From positions 2,696 to 66,695 of the forward strand of contig JAZLAZ010000007.1 of assembly GCA_045613445.1 (NCBI GenBank): a stretch of DNA of 64,000 bases, read 5' to 3'. Origin of the DNA: Candidatus Enterousia sp. (GTDB taxonomy: Bacteria > Pseudomonadota > Alphaproteobacteria > Rs-D84). A program made the position numbers and the translations under genes. Positions 36,431 to 45,167 of the stretch are shown piece after piece (position 1 is the first letter of the stretch; the number at the start of each line of letters is the position of its first letter). Under the pieces are notes generated by a model. The model ran no database searches. It was not told the DNA's origin and worked only from the letters and a program-made list of their open reading frames with translations.

Positions 36431-37438
36431 ATGGCACAAGAAGAAATCATCTTTCCAAATAATATACGCAACATTCGTTTGGCGGCTGGCATGAAAATGA
36501 CTGAATTGGCGCGTCGTACCGGTCTGTCGTTGTCCGCTGTTTCCAAAATTGAAAAGGGTGTGCGACGCCTGAATCAAAAACAATTGTTGAACATATGTAA
36601 TATCTTGGGCTGTAAATTATCCGATATATTCATCAAAGAATCTGACGATGTCGCAAACCAATGGCAAAGCGAAATAAAACGCCGCATGACAGATAATGAA
36701 GACAGCGGTTTGAAAGTATTTGGCAGCGGATTGCGTAAAATCCGCCAACAAAAAGGTAAAACAATCGCACAGGCAGCAAAAGACGCTGGCATGACACTGT
36801 CTGTATATCATAAAATCGAAGTCGGTCAACGCGAAATTTATAAAAATGAAATCGAACCATTGGCAAAATCTTTTGCAATGGGTGTCGAAGATATGTTCCA
36901 ACAGATCGCCAACCTGTATAAATCTGGCGAATTGAACAAACATATCAACAAGGTCAAAGAACGCGTTAAATCTGTTTTAATTCCAGGCAACCCAATGTCT
37001 GGTATCGATATGCATGGCAGCGTTTATGGTGCAAAACTGTATGACAGCGCACGCAAAAAATTAGTACCAGTCTTTGGAACGCCCGCAGGCAAATCAATTG
37101 TTTTCAAAAAATCAGACGAAACGATGATTGTTGCGCCAATGACACTGGAAGGACGCAAAGGTATCTATGCCATCATACCAAACACAAAAAGGTTGGGTGG
37201 TTTTATCCCTGAAAAATCTTATCTGTTCGTTGATGCATTGACACCTGCGCAACCAGGTGACTTGGCGGTATGTATCGACACCGACTTTAATACATTGGAC
37301 AGTGACACAAAAACAACTGCACATATTGTCAGTGTGCGTCAAGATGCCAAAGGAAAATTATATGGACATATCGCATCACCAGAAGAAAAAGTTACCGGCC
37401 AAACAATGCATAAAGTTATCATGATTGTAATGGAATAA
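36431..37438 (+). CDS. dual XRE-HTH regulator with degenerate LexA/CI (S24-like) C-terminal domain
   Basis: Two HTH units (IRNIRLAAGMKMTELARRTGLS.. and LRKIRQQKGKTIAQAAKDAGMT..). The C-terminus resembles the S24 fold but has GGFIPEK where the catalytic GDSMxP would be. Confidence 0.6.
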   Translation: MAQEEIIFPNNIRNIRLAAGMKMTELARRTGLSLSAVSKIEKGVRRLNQKQLLNICNILGCKLSDIFIKESDDVANQWQSEIKRRMTDNEDSGLKVFGSGLRKIRQQKGKTIAQAAKDAGMTLSVYHKIEVGQREIYKNEIEPLAKSFAMGVEDMFQQIANLYKSGELNKHINKVKERVKSVLIPGNPMSGIDMHGSVYGAKLYDSARKKLVPVFGTPAGKSIVFKKSDETMIVAPMTLEGRKGIYAIIPNTKRLGGFIPEKSYLFVDALTPAQPGDLAVCIDTDFNTLDSDTKTTAHIVSVRQDAKGKLYGHIASPEEKVTGQTMHKVIMIVME

Positions 37439-37466
37439 GTCCATAACCAACAGGAGAGAGACAACC

Positions 37467-38108
37467 ATGAAAGTACAAATTCGTGCAACTGCACAAAAAT
37501 TGGTAAACCTGTACCGTCAGGCGCATGTTATAGTTGGTGGCTGGTCGGCTGTAAACCCAATATTCATCAACGAGGCTGACGATGCTGTCATCCAAGAAAT
37601 ACGCGAATTACCAACAGGAAAAATGTTGGTTCGTCATATCGAAAATTTACGCAGTGGCAAAACATCGATGGATTCAATCGAACGTGAATTGTTGCCATAT
37701 GGCGGCATGATGGCAGGCAACACAATTGCGACAATCAATTTGACAAGTGACCAATGGACAGAACTGGAAAATGGAATTAAAAACTTTATTCCAACCCAAG
37801 AAGGTCTTGATGCATTCACAGAACTGGATGTTGTTCATAAATTCGGTGAAGAATGGCAAACAGCTATCAGTTCATTGATACAAACCAAACCACATCTGCG
37901 TAATGGATGGACAAACATAAATCAGACATTTAATGCATACAGATTATGGAATACTGCACGCGAAGTCATTTCAAATCCACTGACAGAACGCGTCCGCGCC
38001 CAGGTTCAATCTGATATGCCTGAATTTGAGACATATTTACCAATGTTTGGCGATGCAGGAACAGAATTATTGGCCAAACTGCGTACTTTTATCAGTACAA
38101 TCGACTAA
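37467..38108 (+). CDS. hypothetical protein (213 aa), third gene of the dnaB cassette
   Basis: ORF with RBS AGGAGAG. No homology recognised. Confidence 0.55.
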   Translation: MKVQIRATAQKLVNLYRQAHVIVGGWSAVNPIFINEADDAVIQEIRELPTGKMLVRHIENLRSGKTSMDSIERELLPYGGMMAGNTIATINLTSDQWTELENGIKNFIPTQEGLDAFTELDVVHKFGEEWQTAISSLIQTKPHLRNGWTNINQTFNAYRLWNTAREVISNPLTERVRAQVQSDMPEFETYLPMFGDAGTELLAKLRTFISTID

Positions 38109-38112
38109 ACAT

Positions 38113-38721
38113 TCACTGCGTTCGATATATCGTATCGTATGTATGCGGTGTGCCAATGTAAATCATTGTACCTGTTGGTGATAAAATAAAATCCAATTCA
38201 CGCAATCGTTCTCGTAAATTTTCGCGCTTTTGTGCTGTGTTGGATGTATTTGGCACTTCGACATCGTCACAAATTATTAAATCTGCACGCATACCTGTTA
38301 TGTTCCCATAAACACCCTGACATATCACAGATGGTTCACGAATGCCAATCGGTCTGTTTATTGTGATACGACCTGTTGCCCATTCTTTTTTATTTGCAGG
38401 AATCATATCTGTACAAAATGTATGATTTTCTAAAACATGCTTGATATGAGATACCATACGGGTTGCCAATGTATTTTCGGCAGATAAAATCAATATTCGT
38501 GTTTCTGGGTACAAATATAAAATACATGCTGCAAATACACCAACAACTGTTGATTTACCTGAATGACGAAACGCCATCAATAATCCCCTATGCGGATTTT
38601 CAGTCCAACAATCTACCAAAAAACGCATAATCTGGCGATGGTGCGCAGGTGTTGACAGTCCCAATATTCTGTTCCATTCGTCCAGAAATTTATAAAACTC
38701 CGTAATCATCGTTGTTTTCAT
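38113..38721 (-). CDS. terminase large subunit, N-terminal (ATPase) half of a split gene
   Basis: Walker A AFRHSGKST, Walker B DLIICDDVE, coupling motif IYIGTPH. The stop lies 4 nt from the end of the plus-strand cassette. Confidence 0.7.
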   Translation of the reverse strand: MKTTMITEFYKFLDEWNRILGLSTPAHHRQIMRFLVDCWTENPHRGLLMAFRHSGKSTVVGVFAACILYLYPETRILILSAENTLATRMVSHIKHVLENHTFCTDMIPANKKEWATGRITINRPIGIREPSVICQGVYGNITGMRADLIICDDVEVPNTSNTAQKRENLRERLRELDFILSPTGTMIYIGTPHTYDTIYRTQ

Positions 38722-39253
38722 TCGGTGCAGGTTCTGTAATCAGACCATAATCGTTTATCAATTTTGGTAATGCATTTTCCAACACAGACAACAAATTTTG
38801 ATACAGTCCCAGCACCGCCCCACCAGACAGTTTATCTGCAATTACTTGATTTGTATAATCCATCAAACGCTTTATATTGTCATGTTTGTTCTGCCATTCC
38901 AAAGTATCAACATTTATGCTGTGTAAATCTTGAAAAGCAGACAGTAAAAAATTAAAATCAGAATTCAAATCTTCTGGGTCTATTTTTTTGGTCGGCTGAT
39001 AATCAATTGTACGTGATAACGATATCTGACGAAATATATCTATCTTGGTATCTATAGCAGGTGCAACATCAAACACAATGTTTCCACCAGAAAAATCTTC
39101 GTTTGGCATGACAGCAAAATTATGATTTTCACCATCAATAACTTCATCAATTGCGACACGAACATCTGCAGTTTGAAAGAAAGGAAAAGAAAATGCAAAT
39201 TCTGTTGTCGCACCATCTGCAATATAAGAGATTTTATACATGTTATCCCCCAT
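38690..39253 (-). CDS. T7 gp17-N-like tail fibre/fibre-anchor protein (187 aa)
   Basis: MYKISYIADGATTEFAFSFPFFQTADVRVAID parallels the T7 tail-fibre N-terminal domain (..TYQLDGSNRDFNIPFEYLARKFVVVTL..). Confidence 0.55.
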   Translation of the reverse strand: MGDNMYKISYIADGATTEFAFSFPFFQTADVRVAIDEVIDGENHNFAVMPNEDFSGGNIVFDVAPAIDTKIDIFRQISLSRTIDYQPTKKIDPEDLNSDFNFLLSAFQDLHSINVDTLEWQNKHDNIKRLMDYTNQVIADKLSGGAVLGLYQNLLSVLENALPKLINDYGLITEPAPNENNDDYGVL

Positions 39254-39256
39254 TTT

Positions 39257-39604
39257 TTACCCAGCAATATCATCAAATCTTGATAATATTTTTTCCAGCA
39301 AGTTTACATTTTTAGCCTTGGTCTTTTTTAATTTAGCAATGTTTGATTGTCTTTTTTCTTCGTATGGGGCAGAAACTTCTGATTTCAATCGTTTTAATAC
39401 TGCACCTTCGGTTATGCCATTACCAGACATACCAGATGCGCCATATTTTGCACGTTGGGTGGCCAATGCCTTATTTACCAGATTTGTTTTTTCCGCTTCG
39501 TCAGCAGCCATTTTTTTCAGAATTTCTTTGCGTTCTGATTTAGCTGCTTTTTTAGCATCTTGATATTCCAAGATTTCTGTCACATCACTTACAATTTGTC
39601 CCAT
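39257..39604 (-). CDS. phage-cluster Lys/Ala-rich coiled protein (115 aa), possible internal virion protein
   Basis: Position between the tail-like gene and the fibre gene. Composition only. Confidence 0.4.
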   Translation of the reverse strand: MGQIVSDVTEILEYQDAKKAAKSERKEILKKMAADEAEKTNLVNKALATQRAKYGASGMSGNGITEGAVLKRLKSEVSAPYEEKRQSNIAKLKKTKAKNVNLLEKILSRFDDIAG

Positions 39605-39627
39605 TGTTTATATCCTTTGTTATTTTG

Positions 39628-41340
39628 TTATACTTTATACCAACCGTGTACACTGACCGATAAAACCGTTATTGGCATTGGTTCTGAACTGTGTATCGTC
39701 CACATCGGTTCAATCGCATTTTTTATTGTTCCTAATAAATTTATTGAAACATCACCGTTGTATCCGGACGACGAAATATCGTATACAGAATTTGGCAATG
39801 TTATACGATGCTTGTTTATTGATATTGATTTTGTATCAATCACACGTGCAACTATTTTTCGAACTTTGATGCGTGTCGCATTATGATTTGACGAACGCAA
39901 CGGTAACCCAGATGCAGTAAATGAAAAATTATATTGCCCCGCATCAATCAATGCTGTTGAATCAAAATATTCTAAAAATACAGCATCATCGCGTTTAACA
40001 ACAGCATATGTTTTGCCATCACATGACGCAACAGACATGAAACCGCCACGCGTTTTATATGTTCCCCATGCGGATACACCCAATGACGCATTTTGATTTA
40101 ATACAGCCATCGTGCCATTATCACACACAACAAACAACTGACGCGTGTTACTGTTATACACAATATCCAATGGTATGGTCATTAAATGTTTTGATAACGC
40201 ACATAAATCATTTGCATTATAATGTTCACCAATATCATCCAGACTTAGTTCACGAATATCACGACCATTACCTGATATAAAAACCGTCGCGCCTTCTATT
40301 TTTTGTGGCGCCAAAAAACGACGCATGTACGATCCAACCGATGTATGCTGTTTTATATCAACCGCAGATGGCGTCAGCGGTTTATTTGATATCGCCCATT
40401 CACCAGAATTAGTCAATATTTGTAAATTATCACTGCTGACAACAGTGCAAATTTCTTGTCGTTCTTGTGATAATAACGAAACAAATATCGCTTCGTCATC
40501 AAGACCTGTACCTGCACTGAAATTTTTATGATTTCCAACCTTGGACATCCATATACCACTGGGCCAAGAACGCGACCCTCCAAAAACTAATCTGTCTTGA
40601 TGAAAAGTGATACTGCGTGGCCATCCACGACGATTACTGAATGCCGCTTCGTACCATTCAGACACAGGGCCATTTGGTATGGTATATACAGCATTGATAT
40701 ATGCAACGATTTGCGTTGGGCTGATATATTCTGTAATTTCCCATTGATTTTCCAGCAAATGTAAACGCGTGCCAACACTGTCCGGTGTCCAAAAGTTTTT
40801 ATTCGTGGTAAATGTAGCATAATTATTCCCAGATGAATGCGTACTGATTGTTATCCGAATATCGTCAGAATCATCAAACCGCATAAACGGCATGTTCAAT
40901 GTCATATTACTGTTGCCTTCAAATTGAAATGCAGACAGACGAAATGCTGAACCCTGCTTTTGCAACACATATGGTTGATAATCAGGGTGAACAAATATCA
41001 TCGTACCAAAACGCTGGGCATACTGCACAGCAAACAAGTCATCATAAGACCATGGAGATGCTAAATCTTGGTGCAACTGGTTGTTATAATATACAGATAT
41101 ATGATGATCTGTCAGCACTAATATATAATCTTCGTTATCTGCGACAGAAAAACAGATTATTCTGGCATCACCAGACAACTGATTGACTGTTGTTAGTCCA
41201 TATCTGCGCGATATTGCACCACTGGCCAAAACATCCATATTTTCCAGTTTTGACAAACCGTTTATATTATCATGCGCAAAAAATTCCGGGGCAACTTCAC
41301 CATTTGCAAATGAATTTTGTGTTTTTATAAAACTTGCCAT
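39628..41340 (-). CDS. phage tail/nozzle-like structural protein (570 aa)
   Basis: N-terminus QNSFANGEVAPEFFAHDNINGLSKLENMDVLASGAISRRYG resembles podovirus tail tubular/structural proteins. Position after the adaptor-like gene. Confidence 0.5.
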   Translation of the reverse strand: MASFIKTQNSFANGEVAPEFFAHDNINGLSKLENMDVLASGAISRRYGLTTVNQLSGDARIICFSVADNEDYILVLTDHHISVYYNNQLHQDLASPWSYDDLFAVQYAQRFGTMIFVHPDYQPYVLQKQGSAFRLSAFQFEGNSNMTLNMPFMRFDDSDDIRITISTHSSGNNYATFTTNKNFWTPDSVGTRLHLLENQWEITEYISPTQIVAYINAVYTIPNGPVSEWYEAAFSNRRGWPRSITFHQDRLVFGGSRSWPSGIWMSKVGNHKNFSAGTGLDDEAIFVSLLSQERQEICTVVSSDNLQILTNSGEWAISNKPLTPSAVDIKQHTSVGSYMRRFLAPQKIEGATVFISGNGRDIRELSLDDIGEHYNANDLCALSKHLMTIPLDIVYNSNTRQLFVVCDNGTMAVLNQNASLGVSAWGTYKTRGGFMSVASCDGKTYAVVKRDDAVFLEYFDSTALIDAGQYNFSFTASGLPLRSSNHNATRIKVRKIVARVIDTKSISINKHRITLPNSVYDISSSGYNGDVSINLLGTIKNAIEPMWTIHSSEPMPITVLSVSVHGWYKV

Positions 41341-41353
41341 TTTTTTACCCCTA

Positions 41354-41872
41354 TTAAAATCTGGAACTGATTAAAAAAAAGTCTGATATAGTGTCACTAA
41401 TTGATGTTGTACTGTCGATGAATTTCGCGTTTTGCAGTTCTGATTCATACAATGCAACCAACATACGAAAAACTGTTTGATCGCCCAACAATGGTATACA
41501 AAATTCCATTGCTAAACGCGTAGCAACCAATGATGCAAAATATCCAGGAAATTTTTCTGGTGCTGTTTTAGTTATCGCAATTATATGTGTCGTATCAGCA
41601 TCAGATAAAATCTTATTGCCCATAATTTGACCGTCTGATTTTAGGACACGCAAAACATCTGATGGAATTACAAAATTATTATCTGTGTTTTTTACTAAAT
41701 CTATACTTTGTATCGCAAAACGCCATGGATATAATGACAATAATGAATCAGTAACTGTATCAAACAGTGTTCTGGATAATTGCACCGCAGCACTGTCATC
41801 TGTCAATGATTGTATTGGTGTTTCACCCAGTTTTAATAATGCCATAGAACATAAGTCTATCTTAGTAAGCAT
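41354..41872 (-). CDS. head-tail adaptor / tail tubular A-like protein
   Basis: Start at MLTKIDLCSMALLKLGE (RBS AGGAG). The I..AL..LG....SL.D.S pattern is typical of podovirus adaptor proteins. Confidence 0.45.
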   Translation of the reverse strand: MLTKIDLCSMALLKLGETPIQSLTDDSAAVQLSRTLFDTVTDSLLSLYPWRFAIQSIDLVKNTDNNFVIPSDVLRVLKSDGQIMGNKILSDADTTHIIAITKTAPEKFPGYFASLVATRLAMEFCIPLLGDQTVFRMLVALYESELQNAKFIDSTTSISDTISDFFLISSRF

Positions 41873-41964
41873 GTTTGGGTTCTCCTTTTTTTTGATGTTT
41901 ATTAGCAAAATATCAGGCCGGTAAAAATACCGGCCCAAACATATAAAAGATATATAAAAATATA

Positions 41965-42192
41965 TTATGCCAATGCAACTGTGGTTACATTTAAGTCTGT
42001 AATATTTATTTTCTTTATCGCTGTGTTATCAGATGCATTGATAATAATATCACCAATATTCATCAATGTTTTTACGCTGTTAAAATAACCATTTGCTGTG
42101 ATTGTTGATAATGTCTCAGCTGCACTGTAATGCCACAATGTAAATCCATTTGCGTATGCAATAACTGACAAGTTTTTATTTTGAAATGCCAT
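41965..42192 (-). CDS. phage-cluster small protein (75 aa) downstream of capsid
   Basis: ORF in operon position. No function assigned. Confidence 0.45.
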   Translation of the reverse strand: MAFQNKNLSVIAYANGFTLWHYSAAETLSTITANGYFNSVKTLMNIGDIIINASDNTAIKKINITDLNVTTVALA

Positions 42193-42236
42193 GTTTTTTC
42201 CTTTTGTTAAATCTTTTGATTTCTATTGTGTTTTAT

Positions 42237-43064
42237 TTATGCAGATGGTGCATCAGAACATTTAACGCGAACAATACCTGCATTATCAATCAATACTGCA
42301 CCTTGGGACATGCTATTGCTGATAAAGTGTGCAGCACGTTCACCATGCCAAGAAATATCTGTTTTAACTTCTTGACCACAAGCATGACCGACACTGGACG
42401 CATGATAAATAAAGCAATCACGATTTGTACCATCAACAGGCAAACCGTTGTACAGAACCCATGTAATTCCCAACCATTTGCGTGCTTCAAACCCGTTCAC
42501 CAACGGAGATGCATTGCCAACATAATCAGCAGATATAAATTCATCCATCGACAACAGTTCATTCCACTGGTGTACACCAACAACTGCAAAACGACGACCA
42601 TCGTCTGGAACATCGTTTGTATTCAAGACTTCAACAGCCGACAAGATTAAATCTTTGGTCAATCCAGATGTATAATCACCCACACCTGTGGTTACAGTAT
42701 TCATTGCACTGACAATCAATTCATCTGTCTTGCGACCCAATGCGTATGCACCAGCCGATGCCACAACGCGACGTTCATCAACATTGATTTTCAATTCATC
42801 CAATGCATCAACCCAATCACCTGCATAATAATCTTGCAGCATACATTCAATTGGTTCATGATTCAAATTCATCACAGGAACAATACCGTGACGCGATTTT
42901 GTGCTGGCAGTACCACGACCAACCTTTTGAAAGGTTGTTGATGCACCAACAACACCAGATTTACTGCGAACAGTTGAACGCAGTTTTGTGCCCATTTGCT
43001 GATAAGCCAAATGAACATCCGCTTCGAATTGTTTTACGAATACATTATCTATTGAAATAGACAT
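42237..43064 (-). CDS. major capsid protein (small, presumed HK97-fold)
   Basis: N-terminus VFVKQFEADVHLAYQQMGTKLRSTVR..TFQKVG is typical of podovirus major capsid proteins. Position after the scaffold-like gene. Confidence 0.6.
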   Translation of the reverse strand: MSISIDNVFVKQFEADVHLAYQQMGTKLRSTVRSKSGVVGASTTFQKVGRGTASTKSRHGIVPVMNLNHEPIECMLQDYYAGDWVDALDELKINVDERRVVASAGAYALGRKTDELIVSAMNTVTTGVGDYTSGLTKDLILSAVEVLNTNDVPDDGRRFAVVGVHQWNELLSMDEFISADYVGNASPLVNGFEARKWLGITWVLYNGLPVDGTNRDCFIYHASSVGHACGQEVKTDISWHGERAAHFISNSMSQGAVLIDNAGIVRVKCSDAPSA

Positions 43065-43310
43065 ACAAAAATCCTTTTGTTAAAAATTAAACATTTATGC
43101 AAATAACGCATATCAGATTTTGTGTTTTGGTTATGCAAATAATGCGCCATAAAAACAAAAAATTATTTGGGTCCGTAATGAATACAGATTATCCATAAAA
43201 AATATCAGTCAGACTGTGCACAATAATCTGACTGATACTTTTATAAAAACAGGGTCTGTGAATCACAGACCCTTGACATATAAAAACCCCACCATTATTG
43301 GGGAATTATA

Positions 43311-43709
43311 TTATTTTTTCTTTGCACATGCTTTTTTTGCAACTGGTTTTGCTGCTGCTTTCTTTGCAACTGGTTTCGCAGCTACTTTTTTTGCAACTGG
43401 TTTTTTCGCAGCTACTTTTTTTGCAACTGGTTTTGCTGCTGCTTTTTTTGCAACTGGTTTTTTCGCAGCTACTTTTTTTGCAACTGGTTTCGCAGCTACT
43501 TTTTTTGCAACTGGTTTTGCTGCTGCTTTCTTTGCAACTGGTTTTGCAGCTACTTTTTTTGCAACTGGTTTTGCTGCTGCTTTTTTTGCAACTGGTTTTG
43601 CTGCTGCTTTTTTTGCAACTGGTTTCGCAGCTGCTTTTTTTGCAACTGGTTTTGCTGCTGCTTTTTTTGCAACTGGTTTTGCTGCTGCTTTTTTCTTAAA
43701 CAAGAACAT
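43311..43709 (-). CDS. Lys/Ala/Pro 9-aa-repeat basic protein (histone H1 / AlgP-like)
   Basis: RBS AGGAGA. The protein is almost entirely (A)AAKPVAKK repeats. Minus frame chosen for its RBS, the cluster strand and the terminators downstream. Confidence 0.65.
   Translation of the reverse strand: MFLFKKKAAAKPVAKKAAAKPVAKKAAAKPVAKKAAAKPVAKKAAAKPVAKKVAAKPVAKKAAAKPVAKKVAAKPVAKKVAAKKPVAKKAAAKPVAKKVAAKKPVAKKVAAKPVAKKAAAKPVAKKACAKKK
43322..43696 (-). repeat. 27-nt (occasionally 30-nt) in-frame tandem repeat, about 13 units
   Basis: GCAACTGGTTTTGCTGCTGCTTTTTTT units alternating with TTCGCAGCTACT variants. Confidence 0.9.
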
Positions 43710-43813
43710 TCTTCTCTCCTATATTTTTTGAAGATAGAACAAATTTTTTTGTTCTTACTTTATATTTTATATGAAATATATTTTTTAGTAAAGAAGAAAG
43801 TGATATTTTTTTT

Positions 43814-44470
43814 CTACGAATATAATTTTTTAAATCCATTTTCTATTTTTCGGATGTATTCAACATCATTATCACGCCAATATTTTGGATCACGCATCAT
43901 GCGACGCAAATCAGAATCTGTTAAATTTTGCGTTTCATTTTTATCTGTTTTTACATCTGGTTCCATTGATTGCATCATCTTATAGACACTTTGTATTCCC
44001 TGGGGTGTAGAACATAACGCATCAAATGCATCACGTGGTAAAAACCGTTCACCAAATGCATTTATTGCATGCATTGCTTCATTCATTTTTTCTGTCCCAC
44101 CAAAAAAATTTTTTAATTCATTTATTGCAACACTTTCATTTTGTACAGAAAATAATTCTGATATTATTGGTGATAAATATTCATTTGCAATATTATAAAT
44201 TTTTTCAACTTGAGAAGTTGTCAATCCAATCTGAAAAAATTGTTCTCGCAAACTTTCATCATCATATAAATCATTTTTTGGATATTCAGATGCACTTTCT
44301 GGGACACCTATTGCACGATTAAATTTTCGTTTAGATTCTGCATCAGAATTTTCATTCGGTACTGATATCATTGTACCAATCTTTTTTTCCAGTTCTGTAT
44401 AAGATTTTATCAATGATTCCGAATTTAATGTTCCATCTTGGTTCAAAAATTTTTCTGGTATTTTATCCAT
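43814..44470 (-). CDS. scaffolding/capsid-assembly-like protein
   Basis: Start MDKIPEKFLNQDGTLNSESLIKSYTELEKKIG (RBS AAGGA). Helical, acidic, upstream of the capsid gene. Confidence 0.45.
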   Translation of the reverse strand: MDKIPEKFLNQDGTLNSESLIKSYTELEKKIGTMISVPNENSDAESKRKFNRAIGVPESASEYPKNDLYDDESLREQFFQIGLTTSQVEKIYNIANEYLSPIISELFSVQNESVAINELKNFFGGTEKMNEAMHAINAFGERFLPRDAFDALCSTPQGIQSVYKMMQSMEPDVKTDKNETQNLTDSDLRRMMRDPKYWRDNDVEYIRKIENGFKKLYS

Positions 44471-44666
44471 TACTTTTTCCTTTTGTTTCATTTGCTTTGC
44501 GCAAGAAATAAATTCCACCCAATGTAAAAATAGCTTGTAACATTGTAAAAATATCTGTATCACCAACCAAGTATGCAGCCAATGCTGACAGTATACCCGT
44601 TGCAGAAATTATATATGTACGATATCCAGACAGATAACCACCTTTGACTATTCTTTTCATATGCAA
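44463..44666 (-). CDS. holin-like small membrane protein (two TM)
   Basis: 67 aa, two hydrophobic segments, basic C-terminus. Immediately after the endolysin gene. Confidence 0.45.
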   Translation of the reverse strand: MHMKRIVKGGYLSGYRTYIISATGILSALAAYLVGDTDIFTMLQAIFTLGGIYFLRKANETKGKSNG

Positions 44667-44669
44667 TAC

Positions 44670-45068
44670 CTATAAATAAAATAATATTCCATCTATATCA
44701 TCAATATACCCACGTGCAATTGCCCATTGTGGTATAAAACTGGCATGATGAAATTTGGTTGCACCGTGACAACAATCAGACAATCCACCAGACAACATAC
44801 GCGACGCCACACGAACACACATTTCAAATTTACGGTTATTTATATTTTCGTCTGCAATTAAAATTTTATTTACGTCACTAAAAATCGTTTTATCTGATAT
44901 GATTTCCGATATTGCAACACCTGTTTTATTTGATAGATTTTGTATCATTGATGTCAACGCTTCGACAAGCAGCAACGATGTGGCACCTGTTTGTTCATAC
45001 ACAACACGTGCGACACGATATGCCAATGTTGCATGCATATCTGTGTTCTTTATCAATTTTAATTGCAT
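44670..45068 (-). CDS. SleB/Hydrolase_2-like cell-wall hydrolase (endolysin)
   Basis: C-terminal GATKFHHASFIPQWA motif and overall pattern of SleB-type phage/GTA lysins. Start set to MQLKLIK (ATG 45068, RBS AAAGGA) because the upstream codons are terminator hairpins. Confidence 0.55.
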   Translation of the reverse strand: MQLKLIKNTDMHATLAYRVARVVYEQTGATSLLLVEALTSMIQNLSNKTGVAISEIISDKTIFSDVNKILIADENINNRKFEMCVRVASRMLSGGLSDCCHGATKFHHASFIPQWAIARGYIDDIDGILFYL

Positions 45069-45085
45069 GACGAATATCCTTTGGT

Positions 45086-45114
45086 AAAAAAAATCCCATG
45101 CAAAATGCATGGGA
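45086..45114 (-). terminator. leader terminator 2 (proximal to endolysin gene)
   Basis: Minus strand: UCCCAUGCA-uuu-UGCAUGGGA followed by U8. Confidence 0.6.
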
Positions 45115-45117
45115 AAT

Positions 45118-45140
45118 AAAAAAACCACACAATTGTGTGG
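45118..45140 (-). terminator. leader terminator 1 / 16-bp perfect palindrome
   Basis: CCACACAATTGTGTGG followed on the minus strand by U7. Could alternatively be an operator. Confidence 0.5.
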
Positions 45141-45167
45141 ACATAATTTGTGCTGTTTATGTGAACA

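Noticed and set aside
43322-43696. A possible CRISPR array, given the regularly spaced ~27-nt repeats.
   Set aside because: The units are contiguous with no spacers, in frame, and encode AAKPVAKK. There are no cas genes and no leader.
43216-43731. Plus-strand ORFs across the 27-nt repeat (FATGFAAAFF... 171 aa; LQLVLLLL... 133 aa).
   Set aside because: They are shadow frames of the repeat. They have no RBS, lie on the opposite strand to the whole cluster, and have implausible Phe/Leu-only composition. The minus frame has AGGAGA plus an ATG, with terminators downstream.
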